A stretch of 64,000 bases of DNA from an uncultured Gammaproteobacteria bacterium (GCA_964537315.1 CAZIAP010000005.1:18669-82668); one strand, 5' to 3'. Shown: positions 9,531-19,223, counted from the first letter of the stretch. Notes: generated by a model from the sequence alone, not told the origin. Program-made: numbers and translations.

Positions 9531-9962
9531 TTAATCGCTATCCTCGTCTGTTGGAGTCGGAGGGGTTGTTGGTGTTGATGTTGGTGATGGAGTATTTGTC
9601 GGTGCAGGGGTATTAGTAGGCGCAGGTGTGTTTGTTGGCGCTGATGTTGGAACCGGTGTATTTGTTGGTGCTGTTGTGGGAGCTTTAGTAGGTGTTGCAG
9701 GACGACGCGTTGGAGTTAAAGTTTTTGTTGCTGTAGGAGTGGGTTCTTCCTCGTCTTCGAGTTCATCTTCCTCTTCGATCTCATCCTCTTCTTCTTGCTC
9801 TGCTACAACCTCTTCATCTGAGGATGGACTAATAAATTTTGGAGTAACAATAACAGCAATGATAATAAACATCAATGCACAAAATAGCGAAAGTACAGCG
9901 ATCAATGGATTTTTTCTATAAAATTCAGCTAGTTTTTCATTGATAATTGATAATTTCTTCAT
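9531..9962 (-). CDS. membrane-anchored acidic, Pro/Thr-rich protein
   Basis: One TM helix, poly-Glu tract and PTNTPA repeats. Confidence 0.8.
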   Translation of the reverse strand: MKKLSIINEKLAEFYRKNPLIAVLSLFCALMFIIIAVIVTPKFISPSSDEEVVAEQEEEDEIEEEDELEDEEEPTPTATKTLTPTRRPATPTKAPTTAPTNTPVPTSAPTNTPAPTNTPAPTNTPSPTSTPTTPPTPTDEDSD

Positions 9963-10193
9963 GTCACTGATATTGTACCATTTTATAATACAGAATTATG
10001 CATGCTTGCATTTATGCTCACAGTGCTTCATAATAGCTACTTCATCCGCAAGGACTTCCCTGCCTGAAATTATCATGTGATATATCTGTGTGGGGATTTC
10101 TGTGCGGTGTACGTTAACAAGCGAAGCACCACAAAAAGCCTGCGTCTGGGTGAGGCTTAAAACCACCCTATCGTTTCTACGAAGGAGTACAGC

Positions 10194-11117
10194 GTGTCGC
10201 AGCAAAAAGCCCAACGAATCGGCGCTCTCATCGTGGGGATGAAGATCCGACTCGTTGTCGTTCCTGTGTTGGTGGCTGCAATCAGTGCAGTCATACTGGT
10301 AGTTGGCGAGAATACGCAGGAGGGTCAGAGCGAAAGCTCTGATCCTCAGGTCACACCCGTGATAGTATCAGCAGCACATGCTCCTATGGAGTACTGGGTT
10401 TCTGATCTTCCTCCGGTACTGACCAAACCTGCTATCGTCAAACAATCTCCACAGGAACAAGAACGCACTGTAATCAAATTTCAACTGCTTGAGCACCATG
10501 AACTCAGTGAGTCACTGCCTCAAGAAGAGCGCAAGACGCTGATGGTTAACTCTGCTTTGCAGTTTACTGAATTTGATACTATGCGTCCTGTACCAGCCAC
10601 TGCGGCGACAGAAGAAAACGTAGATATCCATGAACCGGTTGAAGAACCGGCAATAGAACAAGTAGAAGAAGTTGAACCTACAGCGGTTCCTGAACCGGAA
10701 CCACCTGTTGAGGAAATACTTCCTGAACCAGAACCAACCATAGAAGAACGGTCCGTCGCAGAGTATGCAAGCACAACCCTGTATGATGCAGGACAAGCCG
10801 CGTACTATGATCCCAGTTTTGACTGGGGAGGTTGGGAGAGTATCTATTGGATTCACGTAAACGCGGGACGTGTTGCTCAGGGAGCATCAGGTCCTAGTCC
10901 AAACGGATATCACTGTGTACACGTCAACTATGATATAGTAGGTGCCACATTTATTCTTCGCGCAAACGGCGTTGAGATTACATGTGTCACTGCTGACATG
11001 GTTCACGTAGATCATAAAGGCCAATGGGCAGGAAAATGGGCAATAGAGTTGTCCTGGACTGCCTTTGTAGCACTCGGACTCGACAACAATAACTATGTCG
11101 AGGTATATCTTCCTTAG
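10194..11117 (+). CDS. membrane-anchored protein with Pro/Glu linker and C-terminal RlpA-like double-psi beta-barrel
   Basis: GAAGGAG SD plus GTG; GQAAYYD ... ITCVTAD ... AIELSWTAFVALG resembles the DPBB pattern. Confidence 0.6.
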   Translation: MSQQKAQRIGALIVGMKIRLVVVPVLVAAISAVILVVGENTQEGQSESSDPQVTPVIVSAAHAPMEYWVSDLPPVLTKPAIVKQSPQEQERTVIKFQLLEHHELSESLPQEERKTLMVNSALQFTEFDTMRPVPATAATEENVDIHEPVEEPAIEQVEEVEPTAVPEPEPPVEEILPEPEPTIEERSVAEYASTTLYDAGQAAYYDPSFDWGGWESIYWIHVNAGRVAQGASGPSPNGYHCVHVNYDIVGATFILRANGVEITCVTADMVHVDHKGQWAGKWAIELSWTAFVALGLDNNNYVEVYLP

Positions 11118-11210
11118 GGAAGGGAGGGTTAAGTAAAGTTGGTGCTTCGCTTGTCTCTTCCCAATAATTGATCTCTTGTTTTTCATTTGAAATAGGATAA
11201 TACTCAAATT

Positions 11211-11801
11211 ATGGATAGAGCATCTAATCCAGAGAAGACTCCTGCTACACAATCGCGTACGGAAAAACTTATTAAGAGTGCAATTCCTCACAAAGTATCA
11301 GTCGAACATGATCATGATGACGACACATTAATTGACGTAAAACTTGCAAATCCTTTACGTCGTATAACTCAGCTACTTGAAGAAATAAAAAAGCAAAAAG
11401 CATTTTCGTTTACGCTTAAAGGATCATTAGGTGTGGCAGGGATCGTTATGGTTGTTACTACGTTTGGTATTTTTGGGGGGACTAGAGCATTTTGCAGTAA
11501 AGGGACACAGTCTCACATTGGCACGTTACGCCAGCTCGAATTAAAAGAAGGTGCTGACCGTTCGGTGATTGTAGAGCGTGTAATGGTTATCTGGGATACC
11601 ATAACCGGAAACGATTTTCAAAGACGTAGCAGAAACCGAATGATATTAATTAAAGATAACGGAGATGTTATTGCAGTGTCTGAGAGGATAGTTAATCTAT
11701 CACTTCCTGCTTTTAGACTACCTGTTGTGGTTACGGGTGATTTTGATAGTTGTTCACAAACTCTAACACTGAAAGATTCAAATGGTGTAGAACAGCTATG
11801 A
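11211..11801 (+). CDS. hypothetical single-TM protein
   Basis: 196-aa ORF; stop overlaps the radC start (ATGA). Confidence 0.7.
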   Translation: MDRASNPEKTPATQSRTEKLIKSAIPHKVSVEHDHDDDTLIDVKLANPLRRITQLLEEIKKQKAFSFTLKGSLGVAGIVMVVTTFGIFGGTRAFCSKGTQSHIGTLRQLELKEGADRSVIVERVMVIWDTITGNDFQRRSRNRMILIKDNGDVIAVSERIVNLSLPAFRLPVVVTGDFDSCSQTLTLKDSNGVEQL

Positions 11802-12499
11802 AAAACTCACATACTCTCAACGATCTGCCTCTGAGTGAACGTCCGAGGGAGCGTTTAGTTTTGTTTGGCACTGAGGCGCTATCTGCCCAGGAGCTCGTGG
11901 CGATTATTTTGGGTAGAGGTGTAGCAGGCGAGCCAGTCATGCTTACCGCGCAAAAGTTACTCTCAACGTTCGGGTCGCTTGATGCCCTAATTAACGCTTC
12001 ACTTGAAGACCTGCAAACAGTCAAAGGTATCGGACTTGCTAAAGCCTGTCAATTCCGAGCAATTTTGGAAATTTCTCACCGTATAAACGACCCTTTACAT
12101 AGCAGTGATAAAAGTAAAAAGTCAAAAGCTTTACTTAAACCTGATGACGTGTACAAAATGATTAAGCCTAAGTTTGCTCGTCTTAAGAAGGAACATTTTG
12201 TTTTATTATCATTCGATACAAGAAATAGAGTAATCGGGTTTGATACCATTTCAGTCGGAACTTTAAACGCAAGCCTCGTCCACCCGAGAGAGCTATTTGG
12301 TATTGCTATTAGACGGCACGCAGCGTCTGTAATCATAGTTCATAATCACCCTTCTGGAGACCCTGATCCTTCAGACGAAGATATAAAAGTCACTGCAAAA
12401 TTAGTAGAAGCAGGCAAGCTTATGGGAATTCAAGTTTTAGATCATATTGTCGTGGCACAAGATAGTTTTTACAGCTTCAACTCGGAGAATGTTATGTAA
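11798..12499 (+). CDS. radC: RadC / JAB-domain protein
   Basis: ERPRERL, GIGLAKA, VHPRE, HNHPSG and LDHI motifs. Confidence 0.95.
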   Translation: MKNSHTLNDLPLSERPRERLVLFGTEALSAQELVAIILGRGVAGEPVMLTAQKLLSTFGSLDALINASLEDLQTVKGIGLAKACQFRAILEISHRINDPLHSSDKSKKSKALLKPDDVYKMIKPKFARLKKEHFVLLSFDTRNRVIGFDTISVGTLNASLVHPRELFGIAIRRHAASVIIVHNHPSGDPDPSDEDIKVTAKLVEAGKLMGIQVLDHIVVAQDSFYSFNSENVM

Positions 12500-12586
12500 A
12501 AAGCAGACAGTAGTAATCTGTACAGTGAGCAGTAAACCAGGCTAGTTTCTTACTTAATTCTATAACTGGCAAATTAATATAAATTA

Positions 12587-13462
12587 ATGAGTATTCCAAA
12601 ATATAAGGTGTTAATAACTCTTGTCGTTGTAACATTATCAGCGATAGCTATTTATTATTTATTGCAACATGAAAATAGAGGAAATAGTCCTTTCGGAATT
12701 AATGGTAATAATACTGTACCCGATCAAAATCCAGGAAATAATTCACAGAATGAAGTTCCTGTACCACTTCGATCAGAAAACATCATTGTTAGTTTACCTT
12801 ACCGTAATAGTGAAGTAGGTCTTCCGTTAGTAGTACGTGGAGAGGCGCGCACATTTGAAAATGTAGTGAACGTCAGACTATCTCAGCAGGACGGTCGTAT
12901 ATTAGCTGAAGATTTTACGACAGCAGACGCTCCTGATATCGGTCAGTTTGGTCCGTTTGAGTTTCAACTGACATACCCTGAACCTACTCAGAGAAACGGT
13001 ATATTGGAAGTTTTTCAGCACTCAGCAAAAGACGGATCTGAGATCGACAAAGTTACCATACCTGTTATATTCGCAAGAGCTGACGCGATGATGATAAACG
13101 TATATTTTTCAGGTCAGAACTCCCAAAACTGTGAGGCGGTAGTTTCAGCCAGACGCAGGATTCCGCGTACTCAACAGACAGCAAGAGCTGCACTTGAACA
13201 GCTACTGCGGGGTCCAACAGCAGAGGAACGAAACCAAGGACTACAAACTCAGATTAATCCCGGTGTAGAGATCAAGGGACTTTCAATTCAAAATGGAGTT
13301 GCCTATGCTGATTTTAATGATGCGCTTGAGAACGGAGTAGCCGGATCTTGCAGAGTTCAGGCGATAAGATCACAAATCACACAAACATTGCTACAGTTTC
13401 CAACAATCAATAGTGTACAAATCTCGATTAATGGACGCACAAATGACGTTTTACAACCTTAG
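12587..13462 (+). CDS. Gmad2 immunoglobulin-like plus GerMN domain protein
   Basis: GEARTFE...SAKDGSE, LLRGPT, GSCRVQAIRSQITQTLLQF motifs. Confidence 0.85.
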   Translation: MSIPKYKVLITLVVVTLSAIAIYYLLQHENRGNSPFGINGNNTVPDQNPGNNSQNEVPVPLRSENIIVSLPYRNSEVGLPLVVRGEARTFENVVNVRLSQQDGRILAEDFTTADAPDIGQFGPFEFQLTYPEPTQRNGILEVFQHSAKDGSEIDKVTIPVIFARADAMMINVYFSGQNSQNCEAVVSARRRIPRTQQTARAALEQLLRGPTAEERNQGLQTQINPGVEIKGLSIQNGVAYADFNDALENGVAGSCRVQAIRSQITQTLLQFPTINSVQISINGRTNDVLQP

Positions 13463-13500
13463 TGTATAAGTTATTGAGAAGTAAGGTTAAAAACAAAAAT

Positions 13501-14424
13501 TTAAACTTTTGCGCACTCGTTATATGCCTGGACTTGTGAATTATACTGACTGCTAAGCTGTTTCATATTTTCGACCAGAGTATTAAACTCTCTGACTTTT
13601 GCGTTGTACTCATCAACTTTTCGGTTATATTCATCAGCTTCTTGTTGAGACTGTGGATTCTTATTGTTTTCTAGTTCTTGTTTCCTTCTATCAAGGTCTG
13701 CCTGAATAGCATCTGCCTGCGCAGACTTCTGGTCCAGTTGCACTTTTAGTCCACCGTCGATTACAGGACAAGCGCTTCGTGGTTTTCCGAAATGTTGTAC
13801 TGCCATCCAGGTTTTTCTCCCCTCATATATGCCTTGTCCAACGGCAATTCCAATTTCAGTGTATCCTGCTTTAAGCATATTTTCCCTGTGTCCGGGGCTG
13901 TCCATCCAAGCTTGGATGAGGTCCTGATCATCAGCAAAATTACCTAATGCCAAGTTTTCTCCGGTCATGATGTACTCATACCCAACACTGGATACAACAT
14001 CTGCAGGTTTTACACCTTGGGGGTTATCATGCGCAAAGTATTGCTGATCGAACATGTCTTCCAGTTTTTTCTGTGCAGATTGATTAAGTAGCGTACTCTC
14101 AGTAAGTTGCCCTACTCCGTGTTGCGCTCTCATGGTATTTGTCCACTTTATCGAACCTTCCCTCGTTAGATAAGGATCGGGTGCATTACGATCAGTTTTA
14201 AGTGGTTCAGGAGTAGTTACCTCTTGCGCAATTTCTCTGGCAATCGGAACATCCAGTAGTGCTTCTAGTAACTCTTCACTGACCAGAGAATCATAAATAC
14301 TTTTAACATAACCTCTCCCCCAAAAAATTCCTCCTGCTATAAGAAGTAATAATATTGGAATAACTAAAAATTTAAAAGAAATTGTATTAAATATATTTTT
14401 TTTCTGATTCTTTTTAATCGGCAT
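13501..14424 (-). CDS. CAP (SCP) domain protein with C-terminal coiled coil
   Basis: YFAH, GENLA, WMDSPGHRENML and VQHFG motifs; ATG at 14424 follows TATAAT. Confidence 0.9.
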   Translation of the reverse strand: MPIKKNQKKNIFNTISFKFLVIPILLLLIAGGIFWGRGYVKSIYDSLVSEELLEALLDVPIAREIAQEVTTPEPLKTDRNAPDPYLTREGSIKWTNTMRAQHGVGQLTESTLLNQSAQKKLEDMFDQQYFAHDNPQGVKPADVVSSVGYEYIMTGENLALGNFADDQDLIQAWMDSPGHRENMLKAGYTEIGIAVGQGIYEGRKTWMAVQHFGKPRSACPVIDGGLKVQLDQKSAQADAIQADLDRRKQELENNKNPQSQQEADEYNRKVDEYNAKVREFNTLVENMKQLSSQYNSQVQAYNECAKV

Positions 14425-14513
14425 ATCTGTATTATAGCAATATGATTTTATATGCAATATAAAGTTACTTAATATACTTGCACTGTGTGAAGTAATTGCT
14501 TATACTAAATCTA

Positions 14514-15053
14514 ATGAATAAAACTTTGCTTTTTGTTTTGATAGGAGTAGCTATACTCGCCGCAGTAAGTGTTTTTCTTTTTTCTCGTTCCGGATCTGTA
14601 GATTTACATGGTTCTGCAAATAACAATGAAAATATTACAGCTGGAGAGTCTGGTTTATTTACGAGTGCATTTACCGGTTCCGGATCTGTGAAATGTGAAT
14701 ACACAGATGATCTGGCACAAGGCACAGCGTATGTTAAGGATGGTAAAGTACGTTTCACATCAGTTAACGAAGGTCAGTCTGCCAATATTATTATCGTTAA
14801 TAACATAATGTATATGTGGGGAGTTGGTGCTACAGAAGGCTTAGTAATAGACACAACACAGGCACAAGCAGATGGAGAAGATGCAGGTCTCAACTACTCT
14901 AGTCCTGAGGAAGTGAGAGCAGAGATTGAGAGCAAACAGCCTGAGTGTGTAAACGAAGAGATTGATGATGCGATGTTTGACCCTCCAACAGACGTAAACT
15001 TTACAGACTTTAGTCAGTTTATGCAAAACCTCCCTACAGTTCCCACGGAATAG
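14514..15053 (+). CDS. hypothetical exported/membrane-anchored protein
   Basis: N-terminal TM helix; SVKCEY...GKVR...YMW...FDPP pattern. Confidence 0.75.
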   Translation: MNKTLLFVLIGVAILAAVSVFLFSRSGSVDLHGSANNNENITAGESGLFTSAFTGSGSVKCEYTDDLAQGTAYVKDGKVRFTSVNEGQSANIIIVNNIMYMWGVGATEGLVIDTTQAQADGEDAGLNYSSPEEVRAEIESKQPECVNEEIDDAMFDPPTDVNFTDFSQFMQNLPTVPTE

Positions 15054-15162
15054 TAATTTCCTAGAGCACATTTCTTAACAACTAGCATTCTGTCTCACCG
15101 TTTAGTAAAATCACTCCATCTTGCAATCTTGGCAAGCGTACATTAACTAGATAGGAGACAAC

Positions 15163-15762
15163 GTGGATAACACGCTTGACTTGCAGGCATTGGAAGTGTT
15201 CAATGTCATCGCTAACGCGCCTGAAGGGTCCATTACCTCTGTTCTTTTGAACTATTCGGATACGAGAGTCTATGAGCTTCTGAGGAATCTTGAAATCAGC
15301 TTTGACACAAAGCTGGTTAGACGTGAAAGTTCCGGCTATGTACTCACCGACGCAGGTAGAGAAATTGCCGTATATACTGCTCAGATTTCTCGCCTTTGTG
15401 CAGCGATTCATAATCAGCTCAAAGACTTTCCTGGGTTAGTCTCAGGTACAGTGACTGTTGGATATGTATATCCAATTCCAGAGATGGTTCTCATGCCTTA
15501 CAAGGCAGAGTTTGAACATGAAAATCCAGCTGCAAATCTGCGCGCTAAGTACTTTAGTTCCGGAAAAGAGGCTGTCAGAGGATTGCTTAATGGTGAAATA
15601 ACGTTCGCATTTGTGAAAAACTCTGACGTTAATTCCAATATCCAGGGAATTCGTTTTCGATCCGAAAAAAATGAAGCGTACTGGTTGCTTTGGCGTAAAA
15701 ACAATCTGCTGGTTCAAGCAGAGATGGCGTTTTTACGTCTATTTGAAACTGAAGGCAGGTAG
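15163..15762 (+). CDS. shortened LysR-like transcriptional regulator
   Basis: LEISFDTKLVRR...LTDAG, SGTVTVG and LLNGEITFAF are LysR-like; only 199 aa. Confidence 0.65.
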   Translation: MDNTLDLQALEVFNVIANAPEGSITSVLLNYSDTRVYELLRNLEISFDTKLVRRESSGYVLTDAGREIAVYTAQISRLCAAIHNQLKDFPGLVSGTVTVGYVYPIPEMVLMPYKAEFEHENPAANLRAKYFSSGKEAVRGLLNGEITFAFVKNSDVNSNIQGIRFRSEKNEAYWLLWRKNNLLVQAEMAFLRLFETEGR

Positions 15763-15785
15763 AATTTACACTTTAATATCTAGTT

Positions 15786-15814
15786 ACCCGGCGGCAATCC
15801 CGCCGGGTTTTTTT
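15786..15814 (+). terminator. intrinsic terminator
   Basis: ACCCGGCGG-CAATC-CCGCCGGGT followed by a T tract. Confidence 0.85.
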
Positions 15815-15920
15815 GTGGCAAAATACTCGTCATAAATATCCCATAGTTTGATTTTTAAATAAAAATATGCTATTATTTGCGGGTTCTTTATTCTCATTTC
15901 ATCTTGAAAGGATGAGGAAA

Positions 15921-16319
15921 ATGTACCGAGACGAAAAGAAAATCGCTCGATATCAAATACTTGCCGATGGAATGTTGAATAACTGTAACGCTGAATACTT
16001 CGGTATTCAGATTATAACCAGTCGTGAAGATCCGACGCTGACTGGTGCAGAATATTTTCTTGGTGACATTGAGCTATTTTCTATGTTAGTCGGAATGTTG
16101 GAAGACATGGAAACGTTTGATGAACCGGTTGACGGTAGCTTGGCTCTATTCTTTGATGACGAGGGAAACTTGGTTGATCTTGGAAGAGTCGAATCCGAAT
16201 CAAATGGGTCACTTAATGTCACGATCAAGTTTAGAAACTATATAGTTTCTGTTCCGGTAGGAAAGGCAGTTGTAGAGGCGACGCATGAGTCGGTGCTCTA
16301 CATTGAAGACCCTTTTTAG
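15921..16319 (+). CDS. hypothetical acidic protein
   Basis: GAAAGGATGAGG SD region before ATG 15921 (ATG 15912 is an alternative); has its own terminator. Confidence 0.65.
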   Translation: MYRDEKKIARYQILADGMLNNCNAEYFGIQIITSREDPTLTGAEYFLGDIELFSMLVGMLEDMETFDEPVDGSLALFFDDEGNLVDLGRVESESNGSLNVTIKFRNYIVSVPVGKAVVEATHESVLYIEDPF

Positions 16320-16337
16320 TAATCGGAGTACACACAC

Positions 16338-16366
16338 AGCCCCCGCATAGTCGGGGGCTTTTCTTT
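16338..16366 (+). terminator. intrinsic terminator
   Basis: AGCCCCCG-CATAGT-CGGGGGCT followed by TTTCTTT. Confidence 0.8.
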
Positions 16367-16399
16367 AGTGAATTTTTCAAGTGATGGTATACTTAAAGT

Positions 16400-16669
16400 A
16401 TGAAGGATAAAAATATAAAAAAATTATGGTTTAAAAGAAAAAAATATGGTTGGGGATGGTATCCTGCAACCTGGCAAGGATGGGCAATTACTCTTGCCTA
16501 TGTAGGAGTGATAGTCTTTTTTGGACGTACAATTGATGACCAAACTCCATTAAACGAAGTTATATATTCATTTCTGATTCCTATTGCACTACTTACAGCA
16601 GCCTTCATTTATATTGCCTCACGCACTGGTGAATCTCCAAAATGGCAGTGGGGGAAGAAAAATTCATAA
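16400..16669 (+). CDS. small two-TM membrane protein (WFKRKxYGWGWYP type)
   Basis: Trp/Gly-rich N-terminus, two TM helices, PKWQWG end. Confidence 0.8.
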   Translation: MKDKNIKKLWFKRKKYGWGWYPATWQGWAITLAYVGVIVFFGRTIDDQTPLNEVIYSFLIPIALLTAAFIYIASRTGESPKWQWGKKNS

Positions 16670-17772
16670 TGGAATTCGATAGACCAATCCCCGTCTCAGT
16701 TTTTATCCAAGTATTAAATACTCAATTAAGTAATCTTCATGCAAAAATTATCGGAGAAGTGTCTGGATTGAAAAAAGCTTCAAGCGGACACGTCTATTTT
16801 GACCTGAAGGATTCCGAAGGAGTAATAAATTGCGTAGTCTGGAAATATAAATATCAGGTTTCAGGTATCAGCTTAGAAGAGGGTATGCAGATTGTGGCAA
16901 ACGGAAAACCGAACGTATATGCCCCCAATGGAAGACTTAGTTTTATTGCAGATACATTAGAGTATGCAGGTGAGGGCGAGTTGAAAAAAGCATACAATAT
17001 GCTTCGTAAAAAACTGGATGCAGAGGGACTATTTGCGCAGGAAAGGAAAAGAGAGCTTCCAAAATACGTTAAAAAAATCGGAGTAATTACCTCAAAACAT
17101 GGAGCAGTAATTCATGATTTTGAAAATAATCTGGGACGGTGGGGTTTCAAAATAAAATTTGTTGATTCAAGAGTAGAGGGAAAAGAATCAATTCATGATT
17201 TATTATCTTCTATATATACCTTGAGCAAGCAGGATATTGATGCCTTGGTTATCATGCGGGGTGGAGGATCACGTGAGTCCTTGGCTTCTTTTGATACAGA
17301 AGCAGTGGTCAGAGCAGTTGCAAATTTTCCGGTTCCGGTTGTGGCAGGGATCGGACACCATGAAGACGTTCCGCTTACCGTTCTTGCTGCAGACTTGGCA
17401 GTGTCTACTCCGACTGCGGCAGCTCATGTGTTTAATAAACCATGGGAAGAGTTGGTTTATACCGTAGAAAATTATGAGGGTCGAATTATTCAGCAGTTTG
17501 CGCATCGCCTCAGCTCAGTAAGTCAGTATATGCAGTCGTACAGCTCAGGTTTAGTCAGGTTATTTGAACAGCAGTTTAGAACTGCGTATACAAAATTAGA
17601 AAACTTTGAAAAGATTATTGCCAGTAACAATCCTGAGCGTCAATTGAAACTCGGGTACAGTATAGTACGAAAAGACGGACAGATTGTGAGGAATATAAAA
17701 AATGTTACAATAGGAGACGAACTTGAGACACGTGTTTCAGACGGAACAATAACGTCCAAGGTCACAAAGTAA
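16669..17772 (+). CDS. xseA: exodeoxyribonuclease VII large subunit
   Basis: SGHVYFDLKD, RGGGS, GIGH, TPTAAA and GYSIV motifs. Confidence 0.95.
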   Translation: MEFDRPIPVSVFIQVLNTQLSNLHAKIIGEVSGLKKASSGHVYFDLKDSEGVINCVVWKYKYQVSGISLEEGMQIVANGKPNVYAPNGRLSFIADTLEYAGEGELKKAYNMLRKKLDAEGLFAQERKRELPKYVKKIGVITSKHGAVIHDFENNLGRWGFKIKFVDSRVEGKESIHDLLSSIYTLSKQDIDALVIMRGGGSRESLASFDTEAVVRAVANFPVPVVAGIGHHEDVPLTVLAADLAVSTPTAAAHVFNKPWEELVYTVENYEGRIIQQFAHRLSSVSQYMQSYSSGLVRLFEQQFRTAYTKLENFEKIIASNNPERQLKLGYSIVRKDGQIVRNIKNVTIGDELETRVSDGTITSKVTK

Positions 17773-17773
17773 T

Positions 17774-18064
17774 ATGAGCACTATAAATGTAGATGAAAAA
17801 TTAAAAAAACTCCAAGAAATAGCCGAGTGGTTTGACAACCAGGAAGAAGTCGATGTAGAACAGGGGTTAGAAAAAGTTAAAGAAGCATCAACTTTGATTG
17901 CAGAAAGCAAATCCAGACTTAAAGAGATTGAGAATGAGTTTGAAGAGATAAAAAAAGAAATAGATCCGGAACTTAAAATTGAAGAGAAGTTAGTAATCGA
18001 AAAAACTGAATCAACAAAGATTGAAGTAACCTCAGAAGAAGACTCCAATGATATGCCTTTTTAA
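17774..18064 (+). CDS. xseB: exodeoxyribonuclease VII small subunit with acidic C-terminal extension
   Basis: Helical LQEIAEWFD...DVEQGLEK...LKEIEN; follows xseA; ends EEDSNDMPF. Confidence 0.85.
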   Translation: MSTINVDEKLKKLQEIAEWFDNQEEVDVEQGLEKVKEASTLIAESKSRLKEIENEFEEIKKEIDPELKIEEKLVIEKTESTKIEVTSEEDSNDMPF

Positions 18065-18085
18065 ATAACCTCTTCACACAAGAAG

Positions 18086-18115
18086 AAAAAAAGCCCCGGG
18101 TGAATCCCAGGGCTT
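18086..18115 (-). terminator. intrinsic terminator, possibly bidirectional
   Basis: AAGCCCCGGG/CCCAGGGCTT stem with an upstream A tract, between convergent genes. Confidence 0.7.
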
Positions 18116-18133
18116 GGAAAAAGAGCGTGTCGG

Positions 18134-18325
18134 TTATCTACGCCACACCAGGAGGATGATTATGATTACAAGCAGGCCTATCACCACCAAAGATAAATTG
18201 GAGGTGTCGAGCTTGTATCGCAATGCATCATCAATTTGATGAAATGGACGGTCAGATAACCACCAGCCAACGAGGAAACCCAATATCATCAGCAGTGCTG
18301 CAAACACACCGGAGTTAGCCCTCAT
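18134..18325 (-). CDS. small two-TM orphan protein
   Basis: AAGGAG SD plus ATG; two hydrophobic segments. Confidence 0.7.
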   Translation of the reverse strand: MRANSGVFAALLMILGFLVGWWLSDRPFHQIDDALRYKLDTSNLSLVVIGLLVIIIILLVWRR

Positions 18326-18630
18326 CGTACTCTCCTTTTTTTAAAACGAACAATATGTACTGGCACAAAAATCAGCCGCTATTGGCCGAGCTTGCGCCTA
18401 AGACCTGCATTATACATCAAAATCAGAATAAGAAAATAATACGCTTCACTTTATAACCGTTTAACTCGTTAATATATAACCCGTTAATAATTAATAAACT
18501 GTTTTCTTTTACTCCATTCATACTCATCTACTATCGTTTTTTGTTTGACTTTGTAATCTCACGAGGTTAGAATGAACACTGTTTTAACCTCGAAAGTTTT
18601 TATTTCCAATTTTTTGATCTGGGGCTTTGC

Positions 18631-19131
18631 GTGCATGAAGAATCGTGCTCGGAGAGCCACAGTTCAGCATGGAGAGTAAATAGATTGGAGGAAAATCTTG
18701 AAACAGCACGTGGGGATGCTGTAAAACTCAACCCGATATACGGGTTTAGTGCTGATAATGGCACCAAGTACGTTGATTTGTTTGGGAAGGATATGCACAC
18801 CGTGAACTTTTCCGAAATCGGTCGAGAGAAAAAGGTGGCCTATGTGATTCAAGGTACAATCAACTGTCCAAAGCGGCAGGCTGATGTCAGCGAACTGTTT
18901 GAAAATAGGTTCCTGAAAACAGCAAAGTCACTTCAGGGATTTGATCAGGGATTTAAGCTGGTAGATCCTCATAGTGGAAAAACCTTTGCTATTACGGTGT
19001 GGAAAGATGAGCGGTCTTTCAAAAAAGCGTGTACAAATACCGATTTCTTGGTAGATCTGATAGATCTCTCCAAGACAATTGGGACAACACCTCATATGTA
19101 TGAGGTATCCGACGCTAGCGCGCAAACTTAA
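18631..19131 (+). CDS. orphan protein with ABM-like C-terminal domain
   Basis: QGFDQGFKLVDPHSGKTFAITVWKDE...YEV is ABM-like; upstream TTGACT-N17-TAGAAT promoter. Confidence 0.65.
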   Translation: MHEESCSESHSSAWRVNRLEENLETARGDAVKLNPIYGFSADNGTKYVDLFGKDMHTVNFSEIGREKKVAYVIQGTINCPKRQADVSELFENRFLKTAKSLQGFDQGFKLVDPHSGKTFAITVWKDERSFKKACTNTDFLVDLIDLSKTIGTTPHMYEVSDASAQT

Positions 19132-19140
19132 CAACGACAA

Positions 19141-19223
19141 AGCCGAAAGGTAGATAGAACACTCATAACATGCATCTTACGATGGAGCAAATCGATGTGT
19201 GTAGGGTCAATCTATCTTTCGGC
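19141..19223 (+). ncRNA. long imperfect hairpin 3' of an ABM-like gene (copy 2)
   Basis: GCCGAAAGGTAGAT pairs with ATCTATCTTTCGGC (14 bp); inner CATGCATC/GATGTGTG stem. Confidence 0.45.

Noticed and set aside
9540-9740. 18-bp-period repeats
   Set aside because: They encode ordinary PTNTPA linker repeats of a surface protein.
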